In this document: in pieces, positions 19,628-29,242 of the stretch
Layout: the number at the start of each line of letters is the position of its first letter
Numbering within the stretch: position 1 is the first letter of the stretch
NCBI GenBank assembly: GCA_902522465.1
Contig: CABYVV010000006.1
Coordinates: 2,387 to 66,386 of the forward strand
Length of the DNA: 64,000 nucleotides
Direction of reading: 5' to 3'
Origin: an uncultured Alphaproteobacteria bacterium
GTDB taxonomy: Bacteria; Pseudomonadota; Alphaproteobacteria; Methylaequorales; Methylaequoraceae
Program-made: the position numbers and the translations under genes
The notes under the pieces: generated by a model
What the model was told of the DNA's origin: nothing
The model's input: the letters and a program-made list of their open reading frames with translations, nothing else
Database searches by the model: none

Positions 19628-19706
19628 TTATTTTCTCCTTTCTTCTTCTTAAATTTTTCTTCAATGCTTTAGATAGTCTTTCCAATCTTTTTTGATTTTT
19701 ATTCAT
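19611..19706 (-). CDS. Small basic protein (31 aa) upstream of dcd
   Basis: [31 protein letters not shown]; resembles the RLxxALRxNLxRRK small ORFs found near murA/dcd in alphaproteobacteria (from memory). Confidence 0.55.
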   Translation of the reverse strand: MNKNQKRLERLSKALKKNLRRRKEKINGNNA

Positions 19707-19716
19707 TAATTATATC

Positions 19717-20067
19717 TTACTTTTTTAATTTATTATATTTTACAGAGATTCCCTTTGATAGTTTTATAGGATACTTTTTCTTATTTTTTTTTATTTTTTC
19801 AATACATGCTTGCTCAAGATTTATTTTTGCAATATCTGCAAATCTTAAAAGATAAAGCATTACATCAGCTATTTCTTCATTAATAAGCTTGAAATTCTTT
19901 TTTTGTTTCCAGAAATCAGAATCTTCTTTCTCCCACTGAAAAATTTCCAGAAGTTCTGATGACTCAATATTTATAGATAAAGCTAAGTTTTTAAGACTAT
20001 GAAACTGATTCCAATTTCTATCTTCTGCAAACTTTCTCAATTGTCTTTGAATTTTCAATTCATTCAT
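19717..20067 (-). CDS. MazG-like nucleotide pyrophosphohydrolase
   Basis: RNWNQFHS.KNL..S..IE..ELLEIFQW, EEIADV, N.KKYP. Confidence 0.9.
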   Translation of the reverse strand: MNELKIQRQLRKFAEDRNWNQFHSLKNLALSINIESSELLEIFQWEKEDSDFWKQKKNFKLINEEIADVMLYLLRFADIAKINLEQACIEKIKKNKKKYPIKLSKGISVKYNKLKK

Positions 20068-20221
20068 TTCTTAAAATTACTCTCAATTTTTAAAAGATAT
20101 ATTAAAAAATAAAATATTTCTCTTTACCAACACCATTATACATTAATATTTATTAAATTTACGAAAAGAAAAAATCAAAAAAAAATTTTTTTTTATTTAA
20201 AATTTGTTAATCTCTATTCGT

Positions 20222-21841
20222 ATGATCGATATTATTTGGGGAAGACTTTCATTATTATTTTACACTGCTATTTTTTCGATTATATCAGTTGTTGGTCTGT
20301 TTTATTCAAATATCTTTATTCCTTTTTTTCTAATTAACTTTTTTTTATTTGTAATATCCATTAAAGACTTTATGCAAAAAAAAAGATCTGTATTGTCTAA
20401 TTTTCCTTTATTAGGGAGATTTAGATTCTTATTAGAGAGTATAAGACCTGAGCTTAGACAATACTATTGGGAATCCGATGATGATGAGGTTCCTTATTCG
20501 AGAAATCAAAGAACAATGGTATATCAAAGATCAAAAAATATTGGTGGGGTAAGACCTTTTGGATCATTAGAGAATATGTATAATGATGATTTTGTTTGGC
20601 TAAATCATTCAATAACACCTACAAGCATTAAAAAAGCAGATTTTAGAACCAAAGTTGGAGTTGGGCAAAATTCATATGATATGTCTGTTTTAAATATTTC
20701 AGGAACTTCATTTGGTGCAATTTCACCACCGGCAATAACTTCACTAAGTAGAGCAGCAAAAATTGGAAAATTTGCTCACAACACAGGTGAAGGTTCGATG
20801 TCGAAGTATCACTTAAAAGGGGGAGGAGATACAGTCTGGCAAATTTCTTCCGGTTATTTTGGATGCAGAGACAAAAAAGGAAATTTTTGTCAAGAAACAT
20901 TCAAAAAGAAAGCAAATAATAAACAAATAAAAATGATAGAAATTAAAATAAGTCAAGGAGCAAAACCTGGGCATGGTGGGATGTTACTAGCTCCAAAAGT
21001 AACAGAAGAAATTGCCAAAACTAGAGGAATCGATGTGGGAAAAGATTGTATCTCTCCCTCTAAACACAAAGAATTTTCAAATCCTAGTGAATTGTTAAAT
21101 TTTGTCGAAAAATTAAAAAAACTTTCTGGTCAAAAACCAGTGGGAATAAAAATGTGTATTGGGCACCCATGGGAATTAATATCTATTGTGAAGGCGATGG
21201 TAACTAAAAAAAAATATATTGATTTTATAACTATTGACGGTGCTGAAGGAGGTACTGGTGCTGCTCCAGCAGAATTTACAGATCACCTAGGATCTCCCTT
21301 AAAAGATGCAATAATTTTTGTTGATAATGCACTGATTGGTTCAAACCTAAGAAATAGAGTTAAAATAGGGGTCTCTGGGAAAATTGTTACAGCTTTTGAT
21401 ATGGCTCATATGTGTGCTTTGGGTGCAGATTGGATTAATATGGCCAGACCCTTTATGTTTTCAATTGGCTGCATTCAATGTAGATCGTGTCACACAGGAG
21501 AATGCCCTACTGGAATTGCAACAATGGATCCCCTTCGTTACAGGGCGATTGATATTGAGGACAGATCAGAGAGGGCTTTTAATTTTCACAAAAATACATT
21601 ATTTGTTTTCAAAGAGTTACTTGAGTCTGTCGGAGTTAACCATCCCTCTGAGTTGAACAGAAGACATATTGTAAGAAGACTCTCTGAGAGTGAGATCAGG
21701 TTAGCCGATCAAATTTATCCTAAGGCCACAACTGGTGAATTGCTTAAAGAAAAAGGCAATAAAAAAATTGCTGACCCTAGATTAAATGTTTATTGGAAGA
21801 AAGTTACATCTAATAGTTTCAATTTTATAAATAAAACCTAG
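20222..21841 (+). CDS. FMN-binding glutamate synthase family protein with N-terminal membrane anchor
   Basis: NTGEG, EIKISQGAKPGHGG, DGAEGGTGAAP, GCIQCRSCHTGECPTGIAT. Confidence 0.9.
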   Translation: MIDIIWGRLSLLFYTAIFSIISVVGLFYSNIFIPFFLINFFLFVISIKDFMQKKRSVLSNFPLLGRFRFLLESIRPELRQYYWESDDDEVPYSRNQRTMVYQRSKNIGGVRPFGSLENMYNDDFVWLNHSITPTSIKKADFRTKVGVGQNSYDMSVLNISGTSFGAISPPAITSLSRAAKIGKFAHNTGEGSMSKYHLKGGGDTVWQISSGYFGCRDKKGNFCQETFKKKANNKQIKMIEIKISQGAKPGHGGMLLAPKVTEEIAKTRGIDVGKDCISPSKHKEFSNPSELLNFVEKLKKLSGQKPVGIKMCIGHPWELISIVKAMVTKKKYIDFITIDGAEGGTGAAPAEFTDHLGSPLKDAIIFVDNALIGSNLRNRVKIGVSGKIVTAFDMAHMCALGADWINMARPFMFSIGCIQCRSCHTGECPTGIATMDPLRYRAIDIEDRSERAFNFHKNTLFVFKELLESVGVNHPSELNRRHIVRRLSESEIRLADQIYPKATTGELLKEKGNKKIADPRLNVYWKKVTSNSFNFINKT

Positions 21842-21929
21842 ATAAATAATATTCAAACTATTTAAAAATTCATTTATTATAAGACCATGATCAATTTAAA
21901 TAATTTTGATTCTTTTTTAACTTTCCCAT

Positions 21930-22003
21930 GCCCTCTTAGTTTAATAGTAAAACAGGGTCTTGGTAAGACTCAGCCACTGGAGCGTAACCAGTAGAGGGCA
22001 CCA
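21930..22003 (+). tRNA. tRNA-Thr(GGT) with non-canonical D- and T-loops
   Basis: Acceptor GCCCTCT/AGAGGGC+ACCA; D arm GTTT-AATAGTA-AAAC; anticodon arm GGGTC-TTGGTAA-GACTC; T arm ACTGG-AGCGTAA-CCAGT. Confidence 0.8.
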
Positions 22004-22005
22004 AA

Positions 22006-23214
22006 ATGAAAAAAGGTTTAACTAAGAATATATTTTATGGTTTCTTTTTTGGAATCTTATTAGGTATTACTTTGTCAATAGTCAAACTTCCAAACGGTTT
22101 TGAAAATACAATACTAGATTTTTTAAATTTTGGTGGAGATGTTTTTTTGAAAACAATCAAAATGTTGGTTGTTCCTATCGTTTTTTTCTCGATCGTTAAT
22201 GGTGTTGCCAACTTAAATAATATTAACTCACTGGGAAGAATTGGTTTTAAATCAATTTTTCTATATTTAACAACAACATTTTTAGCAATTACTATTTCTT
22301 TAATTTTAGCAAATTTTTTTAATCCTGGAAAAGGAGTTAATTTTAATGTTGATACAAAATCGATTGATATATCTGACCCACCATCTTTCTTGGAAATTAT
22401 TTTGAATATTATCCCTAGCAATCCGTTTCAATCTCTAGTCAATGGGGAAATGCTTCAGGTTATTTTTTTTTCAATTCTTCTAGGAAGTGCAATTTCTTTA
22501 TTAAAAAAAAATTCATCATTAAAAAAAAATTTTAACGACCTCAACGATGTTGTTATGAAAATTCTATCCATTGTTATGGTTTTTGCTCCAATAGGGATAT
22601 TTTGTTTAATTTCAAAAACCTTTGCAACTCAGGGTTTATCATCTATTTTAGAGTTATTTAAATACTTTATATTAGTTATTGTTGCTTTAATTACTCATTT
22701 ATTAATAGTATATTTACCAATTATAAAATTTTATGGAAACATAAATATACTTAAATTCTTTTCAGGTCTCAAAGATGCTCTTATTTTCTCATTTTCTACA
22801 TCAAGTAGTAGTGCAACCATCCCTATTACATTAAGTTGTCTTAAAAAAAACCTTGATGTAAAAGATAATGTTGCTTCATTCACAGTTCCATTGGGTGCAA
22901 CAATTAATATGGATGGTACGGCCATCATGCAGGGTATTGCAACTATTTTTATATCAAATTTATATGGCATTGACTTAATTCTCTCCGATTATGTTTCTAT
23001 AATTTTAACAGCAACACTTGCATCTGTGGGGACTGCCGGTGTTCCTGGGGTTGGAATTATAATGTTAGGTATGGTCCTAGGACAAGTTGGCCTACCGTTA
23101 GAAGGTATAGCAATTGTTATGGGAGTTGATAGATTTTTAGATATGTTAAGAACTTCGCTAAATATTTCTGGTGATGCTATGGTATCAATTGTTGTGAATA
23201 AAAGTGAAAATTGA
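22006..23214 (+). CDS. Dicarboxylate/amino acid:cation symporter (GltP/GltT type)
   Basis: FSTSSSSATIP, LGATINMDGT, GTAGVPG, DRFLDMLRT. Confidence 0.93.
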   Translation: MKKGLTKNIFYGFFFGILLGITLSIVKLPNGFENTILDFLNFGGDVFLKTIKMLVVPIVFFSIVNGVANLNNINSLGRIGFKSIFLYLTTTFLAITISLILANFFNPGKGVNFNVDTKSIDISDPPSFLEIILNIIPSNPFQSLVNGEMLQVIFFSILLGSAISLLKKNSSLKKNFNDLNDVVMKILSIVMVFAPIGIFCLISKTFATQGLSSILELFKYFILVIVALITHLLIVYLPIIKFYGNINILKFFSGLKDALIFSFSTSSSSATIPITLSCLKKNLDVKDNVASFTVPLGATINMDGTAIMQGIATIFISNLYGIDLILSDYVSIILTATLASVGTAGVPGVGIIMLGMVLGQVGLPLEGIAIVMGVDRFLDMLRTSLNISGDAMVSIVVNKSEN

Positions 23215-23387
23215 TGAAGTGGTATAGTATAGAGTTAGAAGTTACTTTTTACGGAAAGAGTTTCGAAACAGTTCAGGCAGCAGATAAGGAAGAAGCAAAG
23301 TTAATTGCAATAAAAAAAACTGAGAAAAACTTAAATGTTTCAAGTAAAATGATATTTGTTACACAAACTAAGGAAATCAATCCTTAA
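23214..23387 (+). CDS. Small hypothetical protein (57 aa), unannotated
   Basis: TGATG overlap with the symporter stop; MKWYSIELEVTFYGKSFETVQAADKEEAKLIAIKKTEKNLNVSSKMIFVTQTKEINP*. Confidence 0.6.
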   Translation: MKWYSIELEVTFYGKSFETVQAADKEEAKLIAIKKTEKNLNVSSKMIFVTQTKEINP

Positions 23388-24705
23388 ACAAAACTTTTTT
23401 TCCAGCTACTTCATCAATAATTTGATTTTCCTCCATTACTAACTTGCCATTTACTATAGTAAAAACTGGAATACCTTTAATTTTTAAACCGTCATAAGGA
23501 GTCCACTTTGATTTACTATGAATCCAATCATTTGTTATGGTAAATTCTTTATTTAAATCTATAACAGTCAAGTCTGCATCATAATCGATTTCAATTTTCC
23601 CTTTATTCATTATACTATAAATTTTACATGGGTTTTCGCATACTAGTCTTACTAGATCAAAAATCGATAACTTTCCTTTATTCACAAAATTGAGCATTAT
23701 TGGTAGTAGAGTTTGAACACCAGTCATACCAGAGGGAGAATCTGGATATGATTTATTTTTTTCTTGGATAGTATGGGGAGCGTGATCTGATCCAATGACG
23801 TCAATAACTTTTTGTGATAAGCCATCCCAAAGACCAAGATTGTGTGTCTTGTCTCTGATAGGAGGATTCATTTGAGAAAATGTTCCTAGTTTTTTATAAC
23901 ATTCTGGAGAATTAAAAAATAGATGTTGAGGAGTAACTTCACAAGTAGCAATATCTTTATTGTTTGCTAACAATTCTACTTCATCTTTAGTTGATAGGTG
24001 AAGAATATGAATTTTTTTTTTTGCTTCGTGAGCTAATTTCAATAATCTCTTTGTACAACTGACTGCTGAAGTTGTATCTCTTATCTCTGGGTGGTTAAAT
24101 ACTGATAATTTATTTTCTGAAAATTCTTTTGCTCTAAGTCTCAGTCTGTATTCATCCTCACTATGTACAGCTATCATCTTCTTTGATACTTTTAAAATTT
24201 CTAAAACACTTTTGTCATCTTCAACTAACAGATCACCAGTGGAAGAGCCCATAAAAATCTTGACTCCACAGCAACCTGTAAAAGATTCAAGTTCCCTAAT
24301 TTCATGAATATTCTCTTTAGAGGCACCTGCAAAAAAACTGTAATTACAGAAACTATTTTTTTCTGCTATTTGAAATTTTTTTTCTAATTCCCGTAAACAT
24401 GTTGTGGGTGGTATTGTATTCGGCATTTCAAAAAAAGTTGTAACTCCTCCTGCAACAGCTCCTTTTGATCCATGCTTTATGTCCTCTTTATGAGTAAGGC
24501 CTGGCTCTCTGAAATGAACCTGAGTATCGATAGCACCAGGCATGACGGTTAAACCAGTAATATCTATTATTTTATCAGCAGACATTTTTGACAAATCACC
24601 AATTTCTTTGATCAAACAATTAGAAATCCCAACATCTAGTTTATCAATTTTTTTATTTGGTAAAACTAACTCACCTCCCTTTAAAATTATATCGAAATTT
24701 ATCAT
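23377..24705 (-). CDS. pyrC: Dihydroorotase
   Basis: DTQVHFREPG, EMPNT, KIFMGSSTG, QMNPPIR, GSDHAPH; start placed at MINF. Confidence 0.92.
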   Translation of the reverse strand: MINFDIILKGGELVLPNKKIDKLDVGISNCLIKEIGDLSKMSADKIIDITGLTVMPGAIDTQVHFREPGLTHKEDIKHGSKGAVAGGVTTFFEMPNTIPPTTCLRELEKKFQIAEKNSFCNYSFFAGASKENIHEIRELESFTGCCGVKIFMGSSTGDLLVEDDKSVLEILKVSKKMIAVHSEDEYRLRLRAKEFSENKLSVFNHPEIRDTTSAVSCTKRLLKLAHEAKKKIHILHLSTKDEVELLANNKDIATCEVTPQHLFFNSPECYKKLGTFSQMNPPIRDKTHNLGLWDGLSQKVIDVIGSDHAPHTIQEKNKSYPDSPSGMTGVQTLLPIMLNFVNKGKLSIFDLVRLVCENPCKIYSIMNKGKIEIDYDADLTVIDLNKEFTITNDWIHSKSKWTPYDGLKIKGIPVFTIVNGKLVMEENQIIDEVAGKKVLFKD

Positions 24706-24715
24706 ATTAATTTTT

Positions 24716-26446
24716 TCATGCATTCGTAGATATGATATCAAAAAAATTACCTTTTGCTTCAATACCTTTGATATTTATCAAATACCAAGCTGTAAAGAAT
24801 AAAATATGCCAAAGAGGTTTTGCAAATTTTTTATTTTTCTTGACACATTTAAAAATAAATTTTTGTTCGTCTTCGTTAATATAATTTTTCAAAAAATCTT
24901 GCTTAGGTAATAAGTTTTCTAAGTCATTAATTTTATTGGGAATCCAATCATAAATTGGAACTGTAAATCCAATTTTTTTTTCAAACGCATTGTAAAAGGT
25001 CACCTTTTTTTTTAAATAATCCCTTATATAATATTTTCCAAATCCTCTGCTTATTTTTTCTTTATCATCAATGTAAAAAAGATCTTTAAATAACTTTTTG
25101 TCAATAAATGGGGTTCTTCCCTCCATTCCAAATGCCATAAGACATCTATCAAGTTTTACTAGCAAATTATTAGGCATCCAATTATTGTAATCAAAGTACT
25201 GCATTTTTTGAAGGAAAGTATTTCCAAAATATTTTATCTTATAGTCATTTTTTTCTAAATCCTGTGACCAATAATTAAATTTGTGTTTTAAAAGATCTTC
25301 AAATGCACCCTTTGGATAATAGCTTTTTTTTTTGAATAATATTCTTTGTGTTTTTTTATAGCGTCCATATCCTCCAAAAAGTTCATCTCCACCTTCCCCT
25401 GTTATTGCGACTTTAAATTTTTTTGAAGCAATGCTAGCTAATTTGAATGTGGGTAAAATAGCATAATCAGCAATTGGCTCATCAATTTTTTTTGCAGCAA
25501 ATGGTATCCAATCCCAAAAATCATTTTCACTAAAATTAATTTTAATATGGTCTACATTAAAGTTTTTTGTTATTTCGTTTAAGTTGCAATCAAGTCCATC
25601 ATCGAAAGATACTGAATAAGCCGTCATATTTTTCTTTCTAAGTAAATTCATGTGATATAATAAAAGCATTGAATCAATACCACCTGAAAAAAATAAACAA
25701 TAAGGAACGTCGCTTCTAAGATGGGATTTCACCGATTCATTGATAAGTTCATTTAAAGAAACTCTTTTAAAATTATTTTTTTTTTTTTCTGGTAATGAGT
25801 TGGTAATACTACTTGTAATTTTTCCATCTTTAATAACAAGTGTCTGGCCTGGCGCTATCCTATTTATCCCTTCAAATATTGTTTCTGTTCCTGAACAATA
25901 TTGAAGTTGCATTACCTCATTCACTTTAAAATTATTAATCTTACTTTTTTTGTTTCTTATTAACTTTATTGGATTTAATTCAGAACAAAATATTATACCC
26001 TCATCCTCTAATGAAAAGTAGAGAGGTTTTATTCCAAATTCATCTCTAGCTAAAATTACCTCATTTCTTTTTTTATCAAAAATAACAAATGCAAACATAC
26101 CCCTTAATCTACTAAATCCGTTTACACCATATTTATCATATAAAGCTAAAATAGATTCCGAATCAGAATTTGTTAAAAATTTATAGGATTTATTAACCTT
26201 CCTTATATCTAGATCATTATAAATCTCTCCATTAGCAACTAACACATATTTCTCGTTCTCAATAGGTTGGTTCCCAGATTCTAAATCAACAATCGATAAT
26301 CTAGTATGTATAAGTGTTAAATTTTTACTAACAAAGGAACCAGAATTATCTGGACCTCTATGCGAAATATAGTTTTTAATTTCTAAAAATCTTTTTGAAA
26401 GTTTTGGGTTTGATTTTTTAAAAGAAAATCCAGCTATTCCACACAT
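24716..26446 (-). CDS. asnB: Asparagine synthase-like glutamine amidotransferase
   Basis: MCGIAG, HRGPD, NGEIYN, SGGIDS, GEGGDELFGGY; sits in a glycosyltransferase cluster. Confidence 0.88.
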   Translation of the reverse strand: MCGIAGFSFKKSNPKLSKRFLEIKNYISHRGPDNSGSFVSKNLTLIHTRLSIVDLESGNQPIENEKYVLVANGEIYNDLDIRKVNKSYKFLTNSDSESILALYDKYGVNGFSRLRGMFAFVIFDKKRNEVILARDEFGIKPLYFSLEDEGIIFCSELNPIKLIRNKKSKINNFKVNEVMQLQYCSGTETIFEGINRIAPGQTLVIKDGKITSSITNSLPEKKKNNFKRVSLNELINESVKSHLRSDVPYCLFFSGGIDSMLLLYHMNLLRKKNMTAYSVSFDDGLDCNLNEITKNFNVDHIKINFSENDFWDWIPFAAKKIDEPIADYAILPTFKLASIASKKFKVAITGEGGDELFGGYGRYKKTQRILFKKKSYYPKGAFEDLLKHKFNYWSQDLEKNDYKIKYFGNTFLQKMQYFDYNNWMPNNLLVKLDRCLMAFGMEGRTPFIDKKLFKDLFYIDDKEKISRGFGKYYIRDYLKKKVTFYNAFEKKIGFTVPIYDWIPNKINDLENLLPKQDFLKNYINEDEQKFIFKCVKKNKKFAKPLWHILFFTAWYLINIKGIEAKGNFFDIISTNA

Positions 26447-27486
26447 AATCTGCTAATTTTCTTAAAATAATTAATGTATTTATCAATAATCACATTTTCT
26501 GAATAATCTCTTTTAAATAAATTAAATCCATTTTTAATAAGTTCTCTTTTTAACTTTTTATTCGAATGGAGATTTTTAATTTTAGAAACCAAATCAAAAA
26601 CATTATCTGTTTCAAATTTTAATCCATTTATTTTATGTTTGATCAATTTCTTTGGTCCGCCAACATTAGAAACTACAACAGGAATTTTATGTGCCCAACC
26701 ATCTATAATCACATTTCCAAAAGGTTCGTGTCTTGATGGACAAACCAGAATTGAACAACTATTCAGGTATTGTGAAATATTATTACTCCAATTATAAATT
26801 TTTACTCTGTCCCCAAGATGATATTTATCAATTAAAGCTTTATAAGATGCTTTAAGTTTTCCAGTTCCAACTATTAAAAGATTTAAATCTGGTAAAAAAG
26901 ACATAGCTTTGATTACAATATCCATTGCTTTATTTTCATGAAATCTTCCCATACATAATATAGTGTTCTGTGAGTCTATTCCTAACTTAATTTTATTGTC
27001 CGCATTTTCTAAAACAAAATTTGGTATGAACTCTACTCTTTTTCTGTCCCAACCTAGAGAAGTAACATACTGCTTCAATTCAATTGTATTGGTAATTAAA
27101 TAATCACACTTAGCATAATTCTTTATTTTATAAAATCCTCCTAATCTTCCCACAGTCACTTCATTTGTAATCTTAGAAGAAGGAATTAATTGGGATGCTC
27201 TATTCATCCATGTAAGTACCACATGGGGAGAAAATTCTTGAATAACTTCTTGTATTTTTAATCTACAAAAAGGATTATATTGATTAAAAAATTTAATTTG
27301 TTCAATGTTTTCTATTTTTTGCTTTAGTTTATGAAATCTTCTTTGATTTGCTCTAATTAAAATTTTTTGACTAATACTTGTTCTTTTTTCCAATGATAAA
27401 GCAACTCTTTCAAAGAATAATTCTGCTCCTCCAAATTCTGCTCCATTCATAATATTGAGTATTTTTAGTTTAGAATTTTCTGCCAT
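26434..27486 (-). CDS. Glycosyltransferase family 4
   Basis: GGAE, GRFHENK, PSRHEPFGNV. Confidence 0.9.
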   Translation of the reverse strand: MAENSKLKILNIMNGAEFGGAELFFERVALSLEKRTSISQKILIRANQRRFHKLKQKIENIEQIKFFNQYNPFCRLKIQEVIQEFSPHVVLTWMNRASQLIPSSKITNEVTVGRLGGFYKIKNYAKCDYLITNTIELKQYVTSLGWDRKRVEFIPNFVLENADNKIKLGIDSQNTILCMGRFHENKAMDIVIKAMSFLPDLNLLIVGTGKLKASYKALIDKYHLGDRVKIYNWSNNISQYLNSCSILVCPSRHEPFGNVIIDGWAHKIPVVVSNVGGPKKLIKHKINGLKFETDNVFDLVSKIKNLHSNKKLKRELIKNGFNLFKRDYSENVIIDKYINYFKKISRLCVE

Positions 27487-28502
27487 TTTTTTGCAATCTC
27501 AATCCAGGTAAAATAATTTTTTTTCTTTTTTAATTCTTTATTCATTCTAGTCCACAAATTATCATCGTTGAGCAAATTTATTGTATTTATGCAAAATTCT
27601 TCATCACTATTACAAACAAAGCCTGTTTTTTTATTTGAAACTCTTTCATTTAAACAACCAAGATTAGTTACCACTGCTGGCGTTCCAAGAACCTGAGCCT
27701 CTGCTAATGCCATACAAAAAGTTTCTTCTTTACTTCCTTTATAAATAAAAACTCGAGAATTTTCTAATTTATTAAAAAGTTTTTTTCTCTCAATAGGTTC
27801 ATTCAAAATAACACCTTTATTTCTAAGTGATTTAGCTTTTGAAAGAATTGATTGAATTTCTTTGTAATGCTTTTTTCCAAATTTTCCGTATGTTTGAAAT
27901 CCAGAGTATATTAACAATTTAGAATTCTTGCACTCAGGAAAAATTTTATTTTCCCATTTTTCAAGAAGCCAAGATAATCCTCGCATTGGATTAGAGGTAT
28001 AAATGGCATTTCTTTCTGGACATTTTGACATTATTTTTCTTCTGAACAAATGCTGTTCAATTCCATATGGAATTACTACTTTCTCTTTTGCTGGTGCCCA
28101 TAAAGGATATGTACTGAGATGATATTTACTCGAGAAAACAATCTTAAATTTATTTAAAAAAAGTTTTGACAAATATCTATATTTCAACAAATAAGTTGCT
28201 GGATTATGAATCCAAAATATTCTTTTCTTACACTGTTTTCGAAAATTTAGGAAGTTATCACCTCTATTTACTACTAGAGTATCAAAATTTTCTTTTTCTA
28301 AATCAGAATTTAATTTTTTCCAATATACTCCATTAATTTTTCCTTTATTTATACAATTATTATAAACAACCACCTCATTACCTAAATCTGACAAACTTTC
28401 AACTAGTGAAACAAAAGCAACCTCAGCTCCACCATGAGGTTTTTCTCTCAAGGTCTTTGAATCGAACTCAATACCATTATCGATAAATAAAATTTTTGTC
28501 AT
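27465..28502 (-). CDS. Glycosyltransferase family 4
   Basis: GGAE, YTSNPMRGL, ETFCMALAEAQ. Confidence 0.85.
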   Translation of the reverse strand: MTKILFIDNGIEFDSKTLREKPHGGAEVAFVSLVESLSDLGNEVVVYNNCINKGKINGVYWKKLNSDLEKENFDTLVVNRGDNFLNFRKQCKKRIFWIHNPATYLLKYRYLSKLFLNKFKIVFSSKYHLSTYPLWAPAKEKVVIPYGIEQHLFRRKIMSKCPERNAIYTSNPMRGLSWLLEKWENKIFPECKNSKLLIYSGFQTYGKFGKKHYKEIQSILSKAKSLRNKGVILNEPIERKKLFNKLENSRVFIYKGSKEETFCMALAEAQVLGTPAVVTNLGCLNERVSNKKTGFVCNSDEEFCINTINLLNDDNLWTRMNKELKKKKNYFTWIEIAKKWQKILN

Positions 28503-29242
28503 TTTTTATACTTTAAAAATGATAGTAGTGGATAAATTGCAGCTACTAGAGCTATTGTAAAACCTATTTCCTTTTCTTTGTAACCTTTTCTTAAAAAAAA
28601 ACATTTCCAAAATCGTGAAAAAATTCTCCTAATATTTCTATTTAAAGTTTCATTTTGATTGGTATTTCTTAAATCAATAGCTTTTGCATTTGAATAACTA
28701 TTTAATTTTTTAAAAAGATCATAAATATTTTTGCAATAATAATGATCAAGCTTATTTTCTAATGTTCTTCCCTGATTTCCTAACATTTTTATTTTGGGAT
28801 GAACTCTTTGTTTACCCCATATCTTCATTTTATTTTTAAATAATCCAGCGTATGCAGATTTTCCAAAATATGCGCCCCATCCATAATTTATAATTTTTTT
28901 ACCTAGATAATTTTTGACCTGTATCTGATGCCAATCAAATGAACTGATTTGAATTATTTTCTTTATTTCTTTTTTTAATTTCTTCGACACTCTTTCATCT
29001 GCATCTATCTCAAGAATCCATTTCCCCTTGCATTTGTTTATACCAAAATTTCTTCTGTCTCCTTCAATATTCCAATCACCTTTGTAAAAGCTTGAGGTAT
29101 ATTTTTTAACAATTTTTTCTGAACCATCATTACATTTATCTAAAATTACGACTATTTCGTCAGCAAAAGAGATTGTTTTAAGGCATTCTTCAATTTGTCT
29201 CTCCTCGTTTCTAATAACTATTAATACTGATAATTCGATCAT
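28499..29242 (-). CDS. Glycosyltransferase family 2 (WaaE/KdtX-like)
   Basis: RNEE, RNFG...WIL.IDADE, VH. Confidence 0.88.
   Translation of the reverse strand: MIELSVLIVIRNEERQIEECLKTISFADEIVVILDKCNDGSEKIVKKYTSSFYKGDWNIEGDRRNFGINKCKGKWILEIDADERVSKKLKKEIKKIIQISSFDWHQIQVKNYLGKKIINYGWGAYFGKSAYAGLFKNKMKIWGKQRVHPKIKMLGNQGRTLENKLDHYYCKNIYDLFKKLNSYSNAKAIDLRNTNQNETLNRNIRRIFSRFWKCFFLRKGYKEKEIGFTIALVAAIYPLLSFLKYKK

Noticed and set aside
21900-22005. Riboswitch (glycine or T-box) ahead of the symporter
   Set aside because: No such consensus motifs; the GC-rich stretch is fully explained by a tRNA cloverleaf
22006-23214. SstT serine/threonine transporter controlled by a tRNA-Thr mimic
   Set aside because: TM8 keeps the DxxRT Arg typical of acidic-substrate transporters, so Thr specificity is unsupported
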